Source of the DNA: an uncultured Paludibacter sp.
GTDB lineage: Bacteria > Bacteroidota > Bacteroidia > Bacteroidales > Paludibacteraceae
Assembly (NCBI GenBank): GCA_937870645.1
Contig: CALMZF010000097.1
Span: 1 to 49,061 of the forward strand
Length of the DNA stretch: 49,061 bases
Reading direction: 5' to 3'
Numbering within the stretch: the first letter of the stretch is position 1; each line of letters opens with the position of its first letter. The notes below the pieces were generated by a model that worked only from the letters and a program-made list of their open reading frames with translations, had not been told where the DNA came from and ran no database searches. A program made the translations under genes and the position numbers. Shown piece by piece: positions 18,225-29,100 of the stretch.

Positions 18225-19427
18225 TTAATAACCGGCTAAAAGGAGCCCGATATCATTCGAAGGTATGTTGTAATAATCACCAATCAAGCGGTTGACCATT
18301 ATTCCGTTGAATATATAAGCCCCGTGGCGGAAGCCCGAACTCTCAGCAATAGATTGCCGTACGCTCCCCGAATGACCAATTTTAAGCAGAATGTGACTGA
18401 AAATATTGCTGAGCGCCATGGATGAAGTTCTGCCTACACGGGCCGATATGTTGGGCACACAGTAGTGTGTAATGCCGTGTTTCACGAAAACTGCATTGGA
18501 TATGGTTCGGCATTCCGATGTTTCGAAACATCCACCCTGATCGACACTTAAATCGACAATGACGGCACCTTTTTTCATTGTTTTCACCAAATCTTCCGAC
18601 ACCATAAACCGCTCTGAACCATTTATATACCTGAGGTTTCCGATTACAGCGTCAGCCGAAGCCAGTGCTCTGAACAGTACAGCCGGATGTATCACCGATG
18701 TAAAGATCTGTGTACCCAGGTAATGCTGAATTTTTCGGAGTTTATTGATATCGTGATCAAAAACCTTGACCTGCGCTCCCAGTGCCATGGCAGCGCGGGC
18801 AGCTACCGATCCGGTAATACTTGCACCTATAATCAACACCTCGGGAGGGGTAATTCCGGCTACACCACCCAACAAGAGACCTTTGCCGCCGCGTTCGCTG
18901 CTCATCAGATCCGAAATTACGGCGATAGCGGTATTTCCTTCGATTTCAGAAATGGAATTTACCACCGGAAAAGCTTTTTGTTCATCTTTAATGAGTTCGT
19001 AAGCAATGGCATTCATCTTTTTCTGCATAATGAGCTCAATGCATTCCTTCGACATATTACTCAACTGCAACATGGAAAAAATGGTGGAACGATTGTGCAT
19101 CATTGTCAGCTCATCGAGGGTGGGAGGTGTGATTTTCAATACCATGTCAGCACCGTACACTTCAGCCATATCATCGACCATAAATGCGCCTGCTTCGCTG
19201 AACTGAAGGTCTGAATATGACATCGGATTGCCTGCTCCCCGTTGTACATATACACTATGACCTTCCTCGGTAACGATGGAGACACCTTCGGGAGTGAGAG
19301 CCAGGCGTGTCTCAATGCCGGGATTTTCCTTCGGAATACCTATCGAAAGACGGGGTTTTCCGGCTATTTCTCTGATCAGGCATTCTTCAGGAAATAATCT
19401 GCGGTTATCTTTTGGTTGTTGTGTCAT
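18225..19427 (-). CDS. Alanine dehydrogenase / PNT-family NAD(H)-binding protein
   Basis: LSIGIPKE...ETRLALTP N-terminal domain and NAD-binding VLIIGASITGSVAARAAMALGAQVKVFD. Start set to ATG 19427 because the TTG at 19451 overlaps the promoter box. Confidence 0.75.
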   Translation of the reverse strand: MTQQPKDNRRLFPEECLIREIAGKPRLSIGIPKENPGIETRLALTPEGVSIVTEEGHSVYVQRGAGNPMSYSDLQFSEAGAFMVDDMAEVYGADMVLKITPPTLDELTMMHNRSTIFSMLQLSNMSKECIELIMQKKMNAIAYELIKDEQKAFPVVNSISEIEGNTAIAVISDLMSSERGGKGLLLGGVAGITPPEVLIIGASITGSVAARAAMALGAQVKVFDHDINKLRKIQHYLGTQIFTSVIHPAVLFRALASADAVIGNLRYINGSERFMVSEDLVKTMKKGAVIVDLSVDQGGCFETSECRTISNAVFVKHGITHYCVPNISARVGRTSSMALSNIFSHILLKIGHSGSVRQSIAESSGFRHGAYIFNGIMVNRLIGDYYNIPSNDIGLLLAGY

Positions 19428-19448
19428 AGTTTGATTTTTTAATAGCCA

Positions 19449-19456
19449 CAAATCTA
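19449..19456 (-). promoter_or_regulatory. Bacteroidota -7 promoter box for the alanine-dehydrogenase-family gene
   Basis: CAAATCTA on + equals TAGATTTG on -, 21 nt upstream of ATG 19427. Confidence 0.4.
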
Positions 19457-19522
19457 ATTACTATTCTTGAATTGAACAAATTGTGTGAGGAATAATTTAC
19501 TGCCGCTTGCCGATATTTTAAT

Positions 19523-19530
19523 TATCTTTG
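19523..19530 (+). promoter_or_regulatory. Bacteroidota -7 promoter box for tsaC
   Basis: TATCTTTG, 60 nt upstream of ATG 19591. Confidence 0.5.
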
Positions 19531-19590
19531 TAACCTTGTTAATGAAATAAAACCGAATGTTTTTCGTTATCTTTTAATTGCATAAGGTCT

Positions 19591-20154
19591 ATGATTGATG
19601 AAATAAAAAAAGCGATAGAAATTCTGCGAAACGGGGGTGTGATTTTGTATCCCACCGATACAATCTGGGGCCTGGGGTGCGATGCCACAAATCCCGCGGC
19701 TGTGCAGAAAGTGTATGACTTGAAGCGCCGTGCCGAAACAAAATCGATGCTCATATTGGTGGATTCTCCTGCAAAATTGCAGGCATATGTGGAAGAAATA
19801 CCCGATATGGCCTGGGATCTGATAGAATTAACCACCAAACCGCTTACCATCATATATCCCGGTGCCAAAAACCTGGCTCCCAATTTAACCGGGGATGACC
19901 GAACTATAGGAATAAGGGTTACATCGGAAGAATTTTCGAAACGACTGTGTGAAATGTTTCGCAAACCTATTGTATCAACTTCTGCCAATATCAGCGGGGA
20001 AAAATCGCCTGCCCGGTTTTCCGAAATTTCGGATGAAATAAAAAATGCGGTGGATTACGTGGTGAATTACCGAAAAAATGAAACCACACCGGCTCAGGTA
20101 AGTTCAATTATAAAACTCGGTACAGGAAACCAGATTGAGATTATCCGTCAGTAA
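19591..20154 (+). CDS. tsaC: L-threonylcarbamoyladenylate synthase, TsaC/YrdC family
   Basis: GGVILYPTDTIWGLGCDATN, KRRAETKSMLILV and STSANISG motifs of the YrdC/Sua5 fold. Confidence 0.85.
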   Translation: MIDEIKKAIEILRNGGVILYPTDTIWGLGCDATNPAAVQKVYDLKRRAETKSMLILVDSPAKLQAYVEEIPDMAWDLIELTTKPLTIIYPGAKNLAPNLTGDDRTIGIRVTSEEFSKRLCEMFRKPIVSTSANISGEKSPARFSEISDEIKNAVDYVVNYRKNETTPAQVSSIIKLGTGNQIEIIRQ

Positions 20155-20160
20155 ACGACC

Positions 20161-21564
20161 ATGAATAAAAATTTACTCAGAATAAGATACCTGATTTTTG
20201 ATATTGTAGCAGCGCTCATTGTATGGGTGCTTTTTATGATATTTCGCATCGTGGTGAATGATGGGAGGGCATTTCAGGGACTCGATATCTTTATTCCGGT
20301 TTATAATTTTTATTCCAATCTTTTCCTTTTTCCTGTTTTGTGTTTGATAATACATTATTTGTCAGGATATTACGAAAATCCGGTAAAAGAATCAAAGTCA
20401 CTGGAATTTTTCACCACAGTCATTGCCTCAGCCATTATCTCATTTATCATATTTTTTGTGTTGCTGCTCGATGATGTCGTCATCAGTTACGTCAATTATT
20501 ACTACTCCCTGATGGTGCTGTTTTTGCTTCTTTCGTCCATAACGTTGATTATCCGTGTGTTGCAAAGTTCGATGATCCGACGAAATTTTTACAAAAAAAA
20601 ATGGACAAAAAACACGCTGATAATCGGTACCGGTGCAAATGCCCAAAAAATGGCCGAAGGAATTGAAAGAAATTCCTATTTTAACACCATAATAGGTTAT
20701 ATTTCAGTTGATGCGGCCGAGAAAAACGTAGAGACTGCAAAAATTGTTGGCAACCTGCAGAGTATTAAAGATAATATTGAACGAAAGGATGTAAAGGAAG
20801 TGATTGTAGCGCTCGACCACGCCGATGAATATAAAATTTTTGATATCATCAACAAATTATTTCAATACGATATTGACATCCGGTTTACACCCCGTCAGTA
20901 TGAAATCGTAACCGGTAAAGCCAGAATTAATCATTACGGCATCAATCCGCTGGTAAGTGTAAACAAGCCGACTATGAACGACTGGGAGATAAGTGTCAAA
21001 AGAACTTTTGATGTGATAATTTCGATGCTGGCAATGATTTTGCTTGCTCCCCTTATGCTTTATCTTAGCCTGAAAATAAAACAGGACTCGAAAGGTCCGG
21101 TTTTTTATCGGCAAAAAAGAATTGGCAGAAATGGAGCAGAATTTGAAATACTTAAGTTCAGAACCATGTACTTCGGTTCTGAAAACGGCAAACCCAAACT
21201 CAGCAGCCCGAATGATGAACGGATTACGAATGCCGGCCGATTGTTGAGAAAATACCGACTGGATGAAATTCCACAGTTTTGGAATGTGCTGAAAGGGGAT
21301 ATGAGCATAGTAGGACCTCGTCCCGAAAGGAAATTTTTTATTGATCAGATTATTAAGGAGGCACCTTATTATTGCCTGCTTTACCGCATCAGACCGGGAC
21401 TCACCTCCTGGGGGCCAATCAAAATCGGTTATTCGGATACGATTGATAAAATGATTGAGCGGCTGAATTATGACATTATCTACATGGAAAACATGTCGTT
21501 GCTCACCGATGCAAAAATTCTTATTTCCACCTTTGAGGTGCTTTTCAGAGGAAAAGGTATGTGA
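20161..21564 (+). CDS. Polyprenyl-phosphate glycosyl-1-phosphate transferase (bacterial sugar transferase, WbaP-like)
   Basis: N-terminal TM bundle, a central Rossmann-like segment (TLIIGTGANAQ) and the C-terminal sugar-transferase domain KRTFDVIISMLAMILLAPLML...DEIPQFWNVLKGDMSIVGPRPE. Confidence 0.85.
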   Translation: MNKNLLRIRYLIFDIVAALIVWVLFMIFRIVVNDGRAFQGLDIFIPVYNFYSNLFLFPVLCLIIHYLSGYYENPVKESKSLEFFTTVIASAIISFIIFFVLLLDDVVISYVNYYYSLMVLFLLLSSITLIIRVLQSSMIRRNFYKKKWTKNTLIIGTGANAQKMAEGIERNSYFNTIIGYISVDAAEKNVETAKIVGNLQSIKDNIERKDVKEVIVALDHADEYKIFDIINKLFQYDIDIRFTPRQYEIVTGKARINHYGINPLVSVNKPTMNDWEISVKRTFDVIISMLAMILLAPLMLYLSLKIKQDSKGPVFYRQKRIGRNGAEFEILKFRTMYFGSENGKPKLSSPNDERITNAGRLLRKYRLDEIPQFWNVLKGDMSIVGPRPERKFFIDQIIKEAPYYCLLYRIRPGLTSWGPIKIGYSDTIDKMIERLNYDIIYMENMSLLTDAKILISTFEVLFRGKGM

Positions 21565-21636
21565 AAAATCCGGCTCAGTTTTTGTTGAGTCCCGACTTTT
21601 TAATACTTAACTAAACGCCGTAATCATAAAATCCAT

Positions 21637-21644
21637 TATCTTTG
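21637..21644 (+). promoter_or_regulatory. Bacteroidota -7 promoter box for the ClC channel gene
   Basis: TATCTTTG, 29 nt upstream of ATG 21674. Confidence 0.5.
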
Positions 21645-21673
21645 CGTTTCCTTAAGTTAATATAAAAACAAAA

Positions 21674-23452
21674 ATGGAAAACAGAGAATGGTATAAAAAA
21701 ATGATAGCCTGGCGTGTGAAGCACATAGCCGAAAAGCGTTTTATTCTCATTCTGAGTTTTTTTGTGGGTTTGCTTGCTTCCCTTGCGGCTTATTTGCTCA
21801 AATCTTCCATCCATTTTATTCAGTTTCAGCTTACAAGCCGCTTCAATCCCGATGAAGTAAATGTTTGGTACCTCGTGTTTCCATTTGTCGGAATTATACT
21901 CACCTATTTGTTTGTCCGGTTTATTGTGAAAGATGATATTAGTCACGGAGTTACGCGTATATTGTATGCAATTTCTCAGCGGAAATCAATCATAAAACTG
22001 CACAACACCTGGACCTCAATGGTGGGAAGTGCGGTGACCATCGGGTTTGGTGGTTCGGTTGGAGCCGAAGCGCCCATCGTTCTTACCGGTTCGGCTATTG
22101 GTTCCAATCTGGCTAAATTTTTCAAACTCGATCAAAAGACGCTGTTGCTCATGATTGGATGTGGTGCTGCAGGTGCTATCGGAGGTATTTTTAAGGCACC
22201 GATTGCCGGACTGGTGTTTACGCTGGAGGTACTCATGCTCGATATGACCATGACTTCTATTGCACCGCTTCTTATATCGTCCATTACAGCTACTTCACTT
22301 TCCTATTTTCTTACCGGCAGTGAATTTATGTTTGAATTTACCAGATACGAGCCTTTTTCCGTCACGCGTATCCCACAACTGATATTATTGGGCGTCATCT
22401 GCGGACTGGTATCGTTGTATTTTACCCGGGGAATGAATTATCTTGAAGGTGTTTTTCGGAGGATAAAATCTCCTGTTACCAAGCTCGTTCTTGGCGGTCT
22501 CACTCTCGGTGTTCTTATTTTTGTTTTTCCTCCATTGTATGGCGAAGGTTACGATACCATTGAAGTGCTGTTGAGCGGTAATGCCTCGTCGGTTCTCGAC
22601 CGGAGTTTTTTTCTCAACTTTGGCAGTAATCAATGGGTGATGGTATTTTATCTGATACTTATCGTCCTTTTCAAAATTTTTGCATCTACTGCCACTACCA
22701 GCCCGGGCGGAGTGGGAGGTATTTTTGCTCCATCCTTGTTTATGGGCAGTATAACCGGTTTTGTTGTTGCCACATTGTTGAATATGGTTGGAATTACTGC
22801 ACCGGTTACCAACTTTGCACTGGCGGGTATGTCGGGACTCATGTCGGGTGTTATGCATGCCCCTCTGACAGGTATTTTTCTTATTGCCGAGCTTACCGGA
22901 AGTTATAACTTGTTCATGACGCTCATGATAGTTTCGGTGGTTTCGTTTCTGACAATCATAATATTCGAGCCACACAGTTTGTATGCCATGCGTCTGGCTC
23001 AAAAAGGAGAATTGATTACACACAACAAAGACCGGGCAGTGCTCACACTTCTGAAAATGGAAAATGTAATAGAAACTGATCTTACGGAACTCACTCCTAC
23101 TATGACGCTCGGTCAGCTCGTGACGGTCATTTCCCGCTCCAAACGCAATATTTTTCCGGTTGTTGAGCCCCAAAACCGGATTTTGATGGGTGTGGTTTTG
23201 TTGGATGAAGTGAGGAATATAATGTTTCACCCCGAACATTACAACCGCTTTACCGTAGCACAGTTGATGATTTCGCCTCCGGCAATGATTAATGTCAATA
23301 TGACAATGGAAAAAGTAATGCAGATATTTGAGGACTCCAAGGCCTGGAATCTACCGGTAGTCGATGATCAGAAAAAGTACCTGGGATTTGTTTCAAAATC
23401 GAAAATATTCAATTCATACCGGCATGTATTGGTGCATTTTTCGGAAGAATAA
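21674..23452 (+). CDS. ClC-family chloride channel/antiporter with C-terminal CBS pair
   Basis: Selectivity motifs GGSVGAEAP, GIFKAP and GGIFAPS. A C-terminal ~130-aa CBS-like region follows. Confidence 0.9.
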   Translation: MENREWYKKMIAWRVKHIAEKRFILILSFFVGLLASLAAYLLKSSIHFIQFQLTSRFNPDEVNVWYLVFPFVGIILTYLFVRFIVKDDISHGVTRILYAISQRKSIIKLHNTWTSMVGSAVTIGFGGSVGAEAPIVLTGSAIGSNLAKFFKLDQKTLLLMIGCGAAGAIGGIFKAPIAGLVFTLEVLMLDMTMTSIAPLLISSITATSLSYFLTGSEFMFEFTRYEPFSVTRIPQLILLGVICGLVSLYFTRGMNYLEGVFRRIKSPVTKLVLGGLTLGVLIFVFPPLYGEGYDTIEVLLSGNASSVLDRSFFLNFGSNQWVMVFYLILIVLFKIFASTATTSPGGVGGIFAPSLFMGSITGFVVATLLNMVGITAPVTNFALAGMSGLMSGVMHAPLTGIFLIAELTGSYNLFMTLMIVSVVSFLTIIIFEPHSLYAMRLAQKGELITHNKDRAVLTLLKMENVIETDLTELTPTMTLGQLVTVISRSKRNIFPVVEPQNRILMGVVLLDEVRNIMFHPEHYNRFTVAQLMISPPAMINVNMTMEKVMQIFEDSKAWNLPVVDDQKKYLGFVSKSKIFNSYRHVLVHFSEE

Positions 23453-23464
23453 TAATAAAATGAT

Positions 23465-23665
23465 ATGGGAAAAAAAATAATGTATAGCGATGCTGTAGCC
23501 GAATTAACAAAAATTCTGGCCGACCTTGAAAGTTCCGGTTCTGAAATCAATATGGAATTGATAGAGGAAAAAGTGAAACGTGCAGCCTATCTACTCGATT
23601 TGTGCAAAAAACAATTGCATGAAATAAACACGGAACTCGAAGTCATTCTCGAGAATCTGGAGTAA
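23465..23665 (+). CDS. xseB: Exodeoxyribonuclease VII small subunit
   Basis: 66-aa helical protein with an XseB-like pattern (AVAELTKILADLESS...LIEEKVKRAAYLLDLCKKQL). No xseA is present in the window. Confidence 0.6.
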   Translation: MGKKIMYSDAVAELTKILADLESSGSEINMELIEEKVKRAAYLLDLCKKQLHEINTELEVILENLE

Positions 23666-23667
23666 AA

Positions 23668-24477
23668 TCAGATCAGCATAATCCCTGAAATCATCCTGCC
23701 CGAAGAAATTCCCAAACGACGGGCCGAGAAAAAGTTTTCATGCTGACTATAGGTGCAAATACCCGAAATTTCAATATTTTCCTCTTTCACACCACCATCA
23801 GTCAGCATCTGTTTATTGGCTTTCCACAGATCGAGAAAAATTCGTCCGTTTTTCTCTGAGAATATTTCCTTCGTTTCAAATCCCGCTTCCCTAAATTCAT
23901 CCATAAGAGGAGCACCCACTTCATAGACATCGGGCGATATGGATGGTCCTAATACGGCTATCAGGTTGGCCGGGTCGCTTTGAAATGCCGATATCATCTT
24001 TGTAAGTGTTTTTGTGACAATTCCGGAGCAGGTACCTCTCCAGCCAGCATGTACTGCACCAATTGCTTTACACACCGGATCATATAGCAGGATGGGGACA
24101 CAATCGGCTGTAGAAACACCTATACATTGACCGGGAATGTCAGTAATCAGGGCGTCAATTCCGTGTAAAAGTGACTTTTTTGTTTCATCATGCTGGCCGG
24201 GAAAATTTTCACCAATTTGAAATATCCGATTGCTGTGGGTTTGAAAGGGAAGGTGTATGGTATTTTTATCAATTCCAGTCAGGCTGCCAAGCAGGTCGAA
24301 ATTTTGAGAGATGTTTTCGGGTAAATCGCTGGTGAATAATCCCAAATTGAACGAGGAATAATTTCCAACACTAACACCACCAATACGGGTGGTGGTGAAA
24401 TGCCGGATGCTGTCAAACCGCTTCAGGATTTGGTACTGGATTAAACAGGGATTTGTATTACTGCTCATCCCATCCAA
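23668..24477 (-). CDS. pgeF: Peptidoglycan editing factor PgeF / YfiH (DUF152, laccase-domain) family
   Basis: QTHSNRI, DALITD...[14 protein letters not shown] and [10 protein letters not shown] motifs. Confidence 0.85.
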   Translation of the reverse strand: MDGMSSNTNPCLIQYQILKRFDSIRHFTTTRIGGVSVGNYSSFNLGLFTSDLPENISQNFDLLGSLTGIDKNTIHLPFQTHSNRIFQIGENFPGQHDETKKSLLHGIDALITDIPGQCIGVSTADCVPILLYDPVCKAIGAVHAGWRGTCSGIVTKTLTKMISAFQSDPANLIAVLGPSISPDVYEVGAPLMDEFREAGFETKEIFSEKNGRIFLDLWKANKQMLTDGGVKEENIEISGICTYSQHENFFSARRLGISSGRMISGIMLI

Positions 24478-25597
24478 TGCCCTTGTACTTACTTAAATCA
24501 TCCTCGTCATCAAATTCATCCACCTCTATTTCCATTTCATCTTCTTCGGTAAGCATTTCGGCTACTTCTATCGGTTTGTGTACCATTTCTACCAATTTAT
24601 TGGTCTCTTTATTCAGTTCTTCCCATATCAAGTCTTTCAGTTCGCTGATGCCGGCGCCGCTCACCGAGGAAATAAACAATGTTTTCACATCATCGGGCAA
24701 ATCTTTTTTCATTTGTTCAATCAGCTCTTCATCCAGCATATCGCATTTCGAAATGGCCAATATGCGCTGTTTGTCAATCAGTTCGGGGTTGTATTTCTGA
24801 AGTTCGTTGAGCAGAATGTTATATTCATTTTTAATATCGCTGGCATCGGCGGGAACCATAAAAAGTAAAATTGAATTTCGCTCAATGTGTCGCAAAAATC
24901 TCAATCCCAATCCTTTACCTTCCGAAGCGCCTTCGATAATCCCGGGGATATCGGCCATTACAAACGATTTATTATCCCGATAGGCCACAATCCCCAAATT
25001 AGGTGTCAGGGTTGTAAATGGATAATCGGCTATCTCCGGCTTGGCAGCCGAAACAACGGATAGCAGTGTGGATTTCCCGGCATTTGGAAATCCTACCAAA
25101 CCCACATCAGCCAGTATCTTGAGTTGTAAAACCACCGTTTTTTCCACACGGGGTTCTCCGGGCTGAGCATAACGGGGAGCCTGATTGGTGGCGGTACGGA
25201 AATGCCAGTTGCCCAATCCGCCGCGACCACCTTTCATCAGTATTACCTCATCGCCGTCATTGGTTATGTCGCACATAAATTCACCTGTTTCGCCATCGTA
25301 AACCACTGTGCCACACGGAACTTCGATTAACTGATCTTTGCCATCCTTACCGAAGCTGCGGCTTTTGGAGCCGTCGCCACCATCACCGGCGTAAATGTGT
25401 CGTGAATACTTCAGATGCAACAGGGTCCACAGGTTACTGTTTCCCCGGAGTATGATGTGTCCCCCACGACCACCATCACCACCGTCAGGGCCACCTTTGG
25501 TGATGAATTTTTCGCGATGAAAATGCAACGAGCCAGCGCCCCCTTTACCCGAGCGACAAAATATTTTAACGTAATCAATGAAATTCGATCCTGCCAT
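24458..25597 (-). CDS. obg: GTPase Obg/CgtA
   Basis: Glycine-rich Obg fold ([22 protein letters not shown]), G1 GFPNAGKST and G3 DIPGIIEGA. An acidic C-terminal tail overlaps the pgeF start by 20 nt. Confidence 0.95.
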   Translation of the reverse strand: MAGSNFIDYVKIFCRSGKGGAGSLHFHREKFITKGGPDGGDGGRGGHIILRGNSNLWTLLHLKYSRHIYAGDGGDGSKSRSFGKDGKDQLIEVPCGTVVYDGETGEFMCDITNDGDEVILMKGGRGGLGNWHFRTATNQAPRYAQPGEPRVEKTVVLQLKILADVGLVGFPNAGKSTLLSVVSAAKPEIADYPFTTLTPNLGIVAYRDNKSFVMADIPGIIEGASEGKGLGLRFLRHIERNSILLFMVPADASDIKNEYNILLNELQKYNPELIDKQRILAISKCDMLDEELIEQMKKDLPDDVKTLFISSVSGAGISELKDLIWEELNKETNKLVEMVHKPIEVAEMLTEEDEMEIEVDEFDDEDDLSKYKGIGWDEQ

Positions 25598-25651
25598 AAT
25601 TTGTTTTTATATTATCAGAAATAAAAGAGAAAAATTAAAAAGTTAGTTTTT

Positions 25652-25702
25652 TTAGAAAAAATAAATCCATTGCAGAATTTCACACAACTCATCAATGGAT
25701 TT
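25652..25702 (-). terminator. Intrinsic terminator downstream of adk
   Basis: 10-bp stem AAATCCATTG (25663-25672) / CAATGGATTT (25693-25702), followed on the minus strand by ATTTTTTCT. Confidence 0.6.
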
Positions 25703-25730
25703 TTGATATAAATATAACAAGCTGGACCTG

Positions 25731-26309
25731 TTAAAGTTTTTCGTCTATTGCGGCCGAAATTCGCCCGAATATTTCATCGATAGTACCTATTCCATCAATT
25801 TCAACGTATTTACCCAGCGATTTATAATACTCACTTACTGGTTTTGTCTGTAAATAGTACACATCGAGCCGTTTTTTGATGGTTTCCATATTGTCATCGC
25901 TTCGTCCCGATGTTTCACCGCGCAGCAGCAGGCGGGTGATAAGTTCACCCTCATCTACCTGTAAGTCCAGCAGGATATCGGTTTGAGTACCACGTTTTTG
26001 GAACAGAATTTCGAGAGCTTCGGCCTGCGGCAGAGTTCGCGGAAATCCATCCAGTATGATGCCGTTCGTTTGGCTGTGATTGAGTGTGTCAATTTTACGG
26101 GCCAGCATTTCTATAATCATTTCATCGGGAACGAGCTGTCCTTGTGAAATGTATTGATGTGCCACAGTGCCAAGTTCTGTTTTGTCAGAAATTTCTTTGC
26201 GGAGCAAATCTCCGGTAGAAATGTGGGTGAGATTGTATTTTTTTACAATTAAATCGCTTTGAGTGCCTTTACCGCATCCGGGAGCACCACAGATGATGAT
26301 ATTGATCAT
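25731..26309 (-). CDS. adk: Adenylate kinase
   Basis: P-loop MINIIICGAPGCGKGTQS, then ISTGDLLR and a short LID region without a zinc knuckle. Start moved to ATG 26309. Confidence 0.95.
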   Translation of the reverse strand: MINIIICGAPGCGKGTQSDLIVKKYNLTHISTGDLLRKEISDKTELGTVAHQYISQGQLVPDEMIIEMLARKIDTLNHSQTNGIILDGFPRTLPQAEALEILFQKRGTQTDILLDLQVDEGELITRLLLRGETSGRSDDNMETIKKRLDVYYLQTKPVSEYYKSLGKYVEIDGIGTIDEIFGRISAAIDEKL

Positions 26310-26350
26310 AGAAATCAGGTTTATAGAATTAAAAAAATGATGAAGTAATA

Positions 26351-26887
26351 TCAATCAATTACTGTATAGATATCTTTCAGATTGCGTCCGTAACCGTCGT
26401 AGTCAAGGCCATAACCCACAATGAATTCGTTTGGAATTTTCATGGCTACATAATCAACACGTACATCGCGCCTGAGAGCAGCCGGCTTTTGTAGGAAGGT
26501 GGCCACATAAATTTCGTTAGCACCTTTGGCCTGCAGGGAAGTGAGAATTTTATCCATCGTAATGCCGGTATCCACTATATCTTCCACTACCACCACATTG
26601 CGTCCCACTACACTTTCGTTCAGCCCCATCACTTCTTTCACGGTTCCGGTGGTAAAGAGCCCTTCGTAGGAGGAAAGTTTAATGAAAGTGATTTCACAGG
26701 GTATGTCAACTACTTTCATCAAATCACCCGCAAACATAAATGCACCGTTCAGTACACAGATAAATAGAGGATTTTTGTCTTTCAAATCCCGGTTGATGGC
26801 ATCCCCAACGGTTTGTACTGCTTTCAGAATATCTTCGGATGGAATTGATAATGTGAATTGTTTATCTTTGATTTGGATTGTTTTCAT
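26351..26887 (-). CDS. hpt: Hypoxanthine phosphoribosyltransferase
   Basis: PRPP-binding motif VVVVEDIVDTGITM and FIVGYGLDYDGYGRNL. Start moved to ATG 26887, 30 nt downstream of a -7 box. Confidence 0.9.
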   Translation of the reverse strand: MKTIQIKDKQFTLSIPSEDILKAVQTVGDAINRDLKDKNPLFICVLNGAFMFAGDLMKVVDIPCEITFIKLSSYEGLFTTGTVKEVMGLNESVVGRNVVVVEDIVDTGITMDKILTSLQAKGANEIYVATFLQKPAALRRDVRVDYVAMKIPNEFIVGYGLDYDGYGRNLKDIYTVID

Positions 26888-26917
26888 TCGCTTTTTGTTT
26901 GAGGATAAATTAATCGT

Positions 26918-26925
26918 CAAAATTA
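26918..26925 (-). promoter_or_regulatory. Bacteroidota -7 promoter box for hpt
   Basis: CAAAATTA on + equals TAATTTTG on -, 30 nt upstream of ATG 26887. Confidence 0.45.
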
Positions 26926-27048
26926 AAAAAAAAATATTAATCAGCAGTATTTTGGAGCCAATAATCTCATTAAATATCCCGATTTGTTTTTCTGCCATCA
27001 AAAAAACTAAAAAACTTCGGTATAGTTTTATTTTTTAAAAATAATCAG

Positions 27049-27056
27049 TACATTTG
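27049..27056 (+). promoter_or_regulatory. Bacteroidota -7 promoter box for dnaN
   Basis: TACATTTG, 43 nt upstream of ATG 27100. Confidence 0.45.
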
Positions 27057-27099
27057 CTAACTAAATATATACGATCAATCAACCAAAAATACCAAGGAT

Positions 27100-28236
27100 A
27101 TGAAATTTGTTGTATCAAGCACGGAATTATTAAGCCATTTACAAGCTATCAGTCGGGTGATTAACAGTAAAAACTCGTTACAGATATTAGATAATTTTCT
27201 GTTGAGTCTGGAAGGCAATACCCTCACTATGACTGCTTCAGATATAGAAACAACACTAATAACCTCTATGGAGGTGCAGGATGTGGAAGGCAGTGGAAAA
27301 GTGGCTGTTGCTAACAAATTATTGCTTGATACGCTGCGTGAATTCTCCGAACAACCGCTGAGCTTTTACATTGACGACAGCAACCTGGCTATGGTAATTA
27401 CCTCCTCCAACGGTACATACAATTTTATCGGTCAGAGTGGCGATATGTATCCTCAGTTGCCTTTGCTCGAAGATAACGCCCGTCAGTTGAACATTTCTGT
27501 GCCTGTATTATTCAGCGGAATTTCAAAAACATTTTTTTGCATGGCCGATGACGAACTGCGACCGGTAATGAATGGAATATTTTTCGATATTGCTCCTGAC
27601 AGCCTTACCCTCGTTGCCACAGATGCTCATAAACTCGTGCGTTTCAAGTCCGCTTATTTGTCAGCATCCATTAAGGAAGACGAAACATTCAACTTTATTC
27701 TTCCAAAAAAACCGGCTATCATGCTTCGCAATATTTTGCCCAAAGAGTCAGGCGAAGTGAATATACATTTTGATGCCAAAAATGCTTATTTCAAGTTGAG
27801 CAATTATACCATGGTTTGCCGTCAGGTGGAAGGCCGGTATCCGAACTACAACGGCGTAATTCCCAAAAACAATCCGTACAAGGTTATAGCCGATCGGGTC
27901 ACACTGCTCAATGCGCTGAAACGTGTTTCGGTGTTTTCCAATCAGGCCAGTAATCTCATAAAACTTGTTTTCAATCAAAATCAGATACATGTATCGGCTC
28001 AGGATATTGACTTTTCCATATCGGCCGAAGAATACATTCCCTGCCAGTTCGAAGGCGAAGAAATTAAAATCGGCTTCAAATCCACTTTCCTCATTGAAAT
28101 GCTGGGTAATGTAGATGCCAGCGATATTGTCATCGAACTTGCCGATCCATCGCGTGCCGGCATCATACTGCCTTTCGAAAATGCAGAAAATGAGGATATT
28201 CTGATGCTGCTGATGCCGATGCTTTTAAATGACTAA
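27100..28236 (+). CDS. dnaN: DNA polymerase III beta sliding clamp
   Basis: MKFVVSSTELLSHLQAISRVI start, three-domain length (378 aa), ATDAHKLV, YPNY and the LLMPMLL C-terminus. Confidence 0.93.
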   Translation: MKFVVSSTELLSHLQAISRVINSKNSLQILDNFLLSLEGNTLTMTASDIETTLITSMEVQDVEGSGKVAVANKLLLDTLREFSEQPLSFYIDDSNLAMVITSSNGTYNFIGQSGDMYPQLPLLEDNARQLNISVPVLFSGISKTFFCMADDELRPVMNGIFFDIAPDSLTLVATDAHKLVRFKSAYLSASIKEDETFNFILPKKPAIMLRNILPKESGEVNIHFDAKNAYFKLSNYTMVCRQVEGRYPNYNGVIPKNNPYKVIADRVTLLNALKRVSVFSNQASNLIKLVFNQNQIHVSAQDIDFSISAEEYIPCQFEGEEIKIGFKSTFLIEMLGNVDASDIVIELADPSRAGIILPFENAENEDILMLLMPMLLND

Positions 28237-28332
28237 TGTGAAATAAAATAATCTTTGTAGGGCAGAAAAACATGGAAGACGTGTTTTTCTGCTTTTTTTT
28301 AATGAAACTGAACTTATAAAAACCGATAAATA

Positions 28333-29100
28333 ATGAAACTCAACCTGAAAAATCCAATTGTTTTTTTTGATCTCGAAACTACGGGTACCAATATTGTGTC
28401 CGACAGAATTGTCGAAATTTCGTACCTGAAAATTTCTCCCAACGGAAGAGAGGAAAGTAAAACGATAAGGATTAACCCGGAAATGCATATTCCCGAAAGT
28501 TCTTCAGCCATTCACGGCATTTACGACCAGGATGTGGCCGACTGTCCCACATTCAGGGAAGTGGCCAAAGAAATAATACACGATATAGAAGGTTGTGACC
28601 TGGCAGGTTACAATTCAAATCGGTTCGATATTCCGCTGCTGGCAGAGGAATTGTTACGCGCTGATGTGGATATTGACCTTATGAAGAGGAAATTTGTGGA
28701 TGTTCAGGTTGTTTTTCATAAAATGGAACAACGCACACTTTCGGCTGCCTACAAATTTTATTGCGAAAAAGACCTGGAAAATGCACACAGTGCTGAGGCC
28801 GATACAATGGCAACCTATGAGGTGCTTCAGGCTCAGCTGGACAAATACCCGGAGCTTAAAAATGATATTGAATTTTTGTCAAAATTTACAGCACAAACCA
28901 ATAACGTGGATTTTGCAGGAAGAATTATTTACAATGAAAAAGGGGAGGAAATCATTAACTTTGGCAAATATAAAGGTCAGAAAGTTACCGATGTCTTGAA
29001 AACAGACATTGGATACTACGGATGGATAATGAATAGCGATTTCACGCTCCACACCAAAAAAGTGCTGACCAATATCAAACTTCGTGATTTTAATAAATAA
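28333..29100 (+). CDS. DnaQ-like 3'-5' exonuclease domain protein
   Basis: Exo I FFDLETTG, Exo II AGYNSNRFDIPLL and Exo III HSAEADT, followed by a ~70-aa C-terminal extension. Confidence 0.8.
   Translation: MKLNLKNPIVFFDLETTGTNIVSDRIVEISYLKISPNGREESKTIRINPEMHIPESSSAIHGIYDQDVADCPTFREVAKEIIHDIEGCDLAGYNSNRFDIPLLAEELLRADVDIDLMKRKFVDVQVVFHKMEQRTLSAAYKFYCEKDLENAHSAEADTMATYEVLQAQLDKYPELKNDIEFLSKFTAQTNNVDFAGRIIYNEKGEEIINFGKYKGQKVTDVLKTDIGYYGWIMNSDFTLHTKKVLTNIKLRDFNK

Noticed and set aside
22385-23239. A 284-aa ORF lies antisense to the ClC channel gene.
   Set aside because: This is a shadow ORF opposite a strongly supported CDS. The translation is His/Asn/Arg/Lys-rich and of low complexity, with no recognisable motifs.
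27002-27099. The replication origin could lie next to dnaN.
   Set aside because: There is no dnaA gene nearby, no TTATCCACA-type DnaA boxes are visible, and the spacer is only 98 bp and holds an ordinary promoter box.
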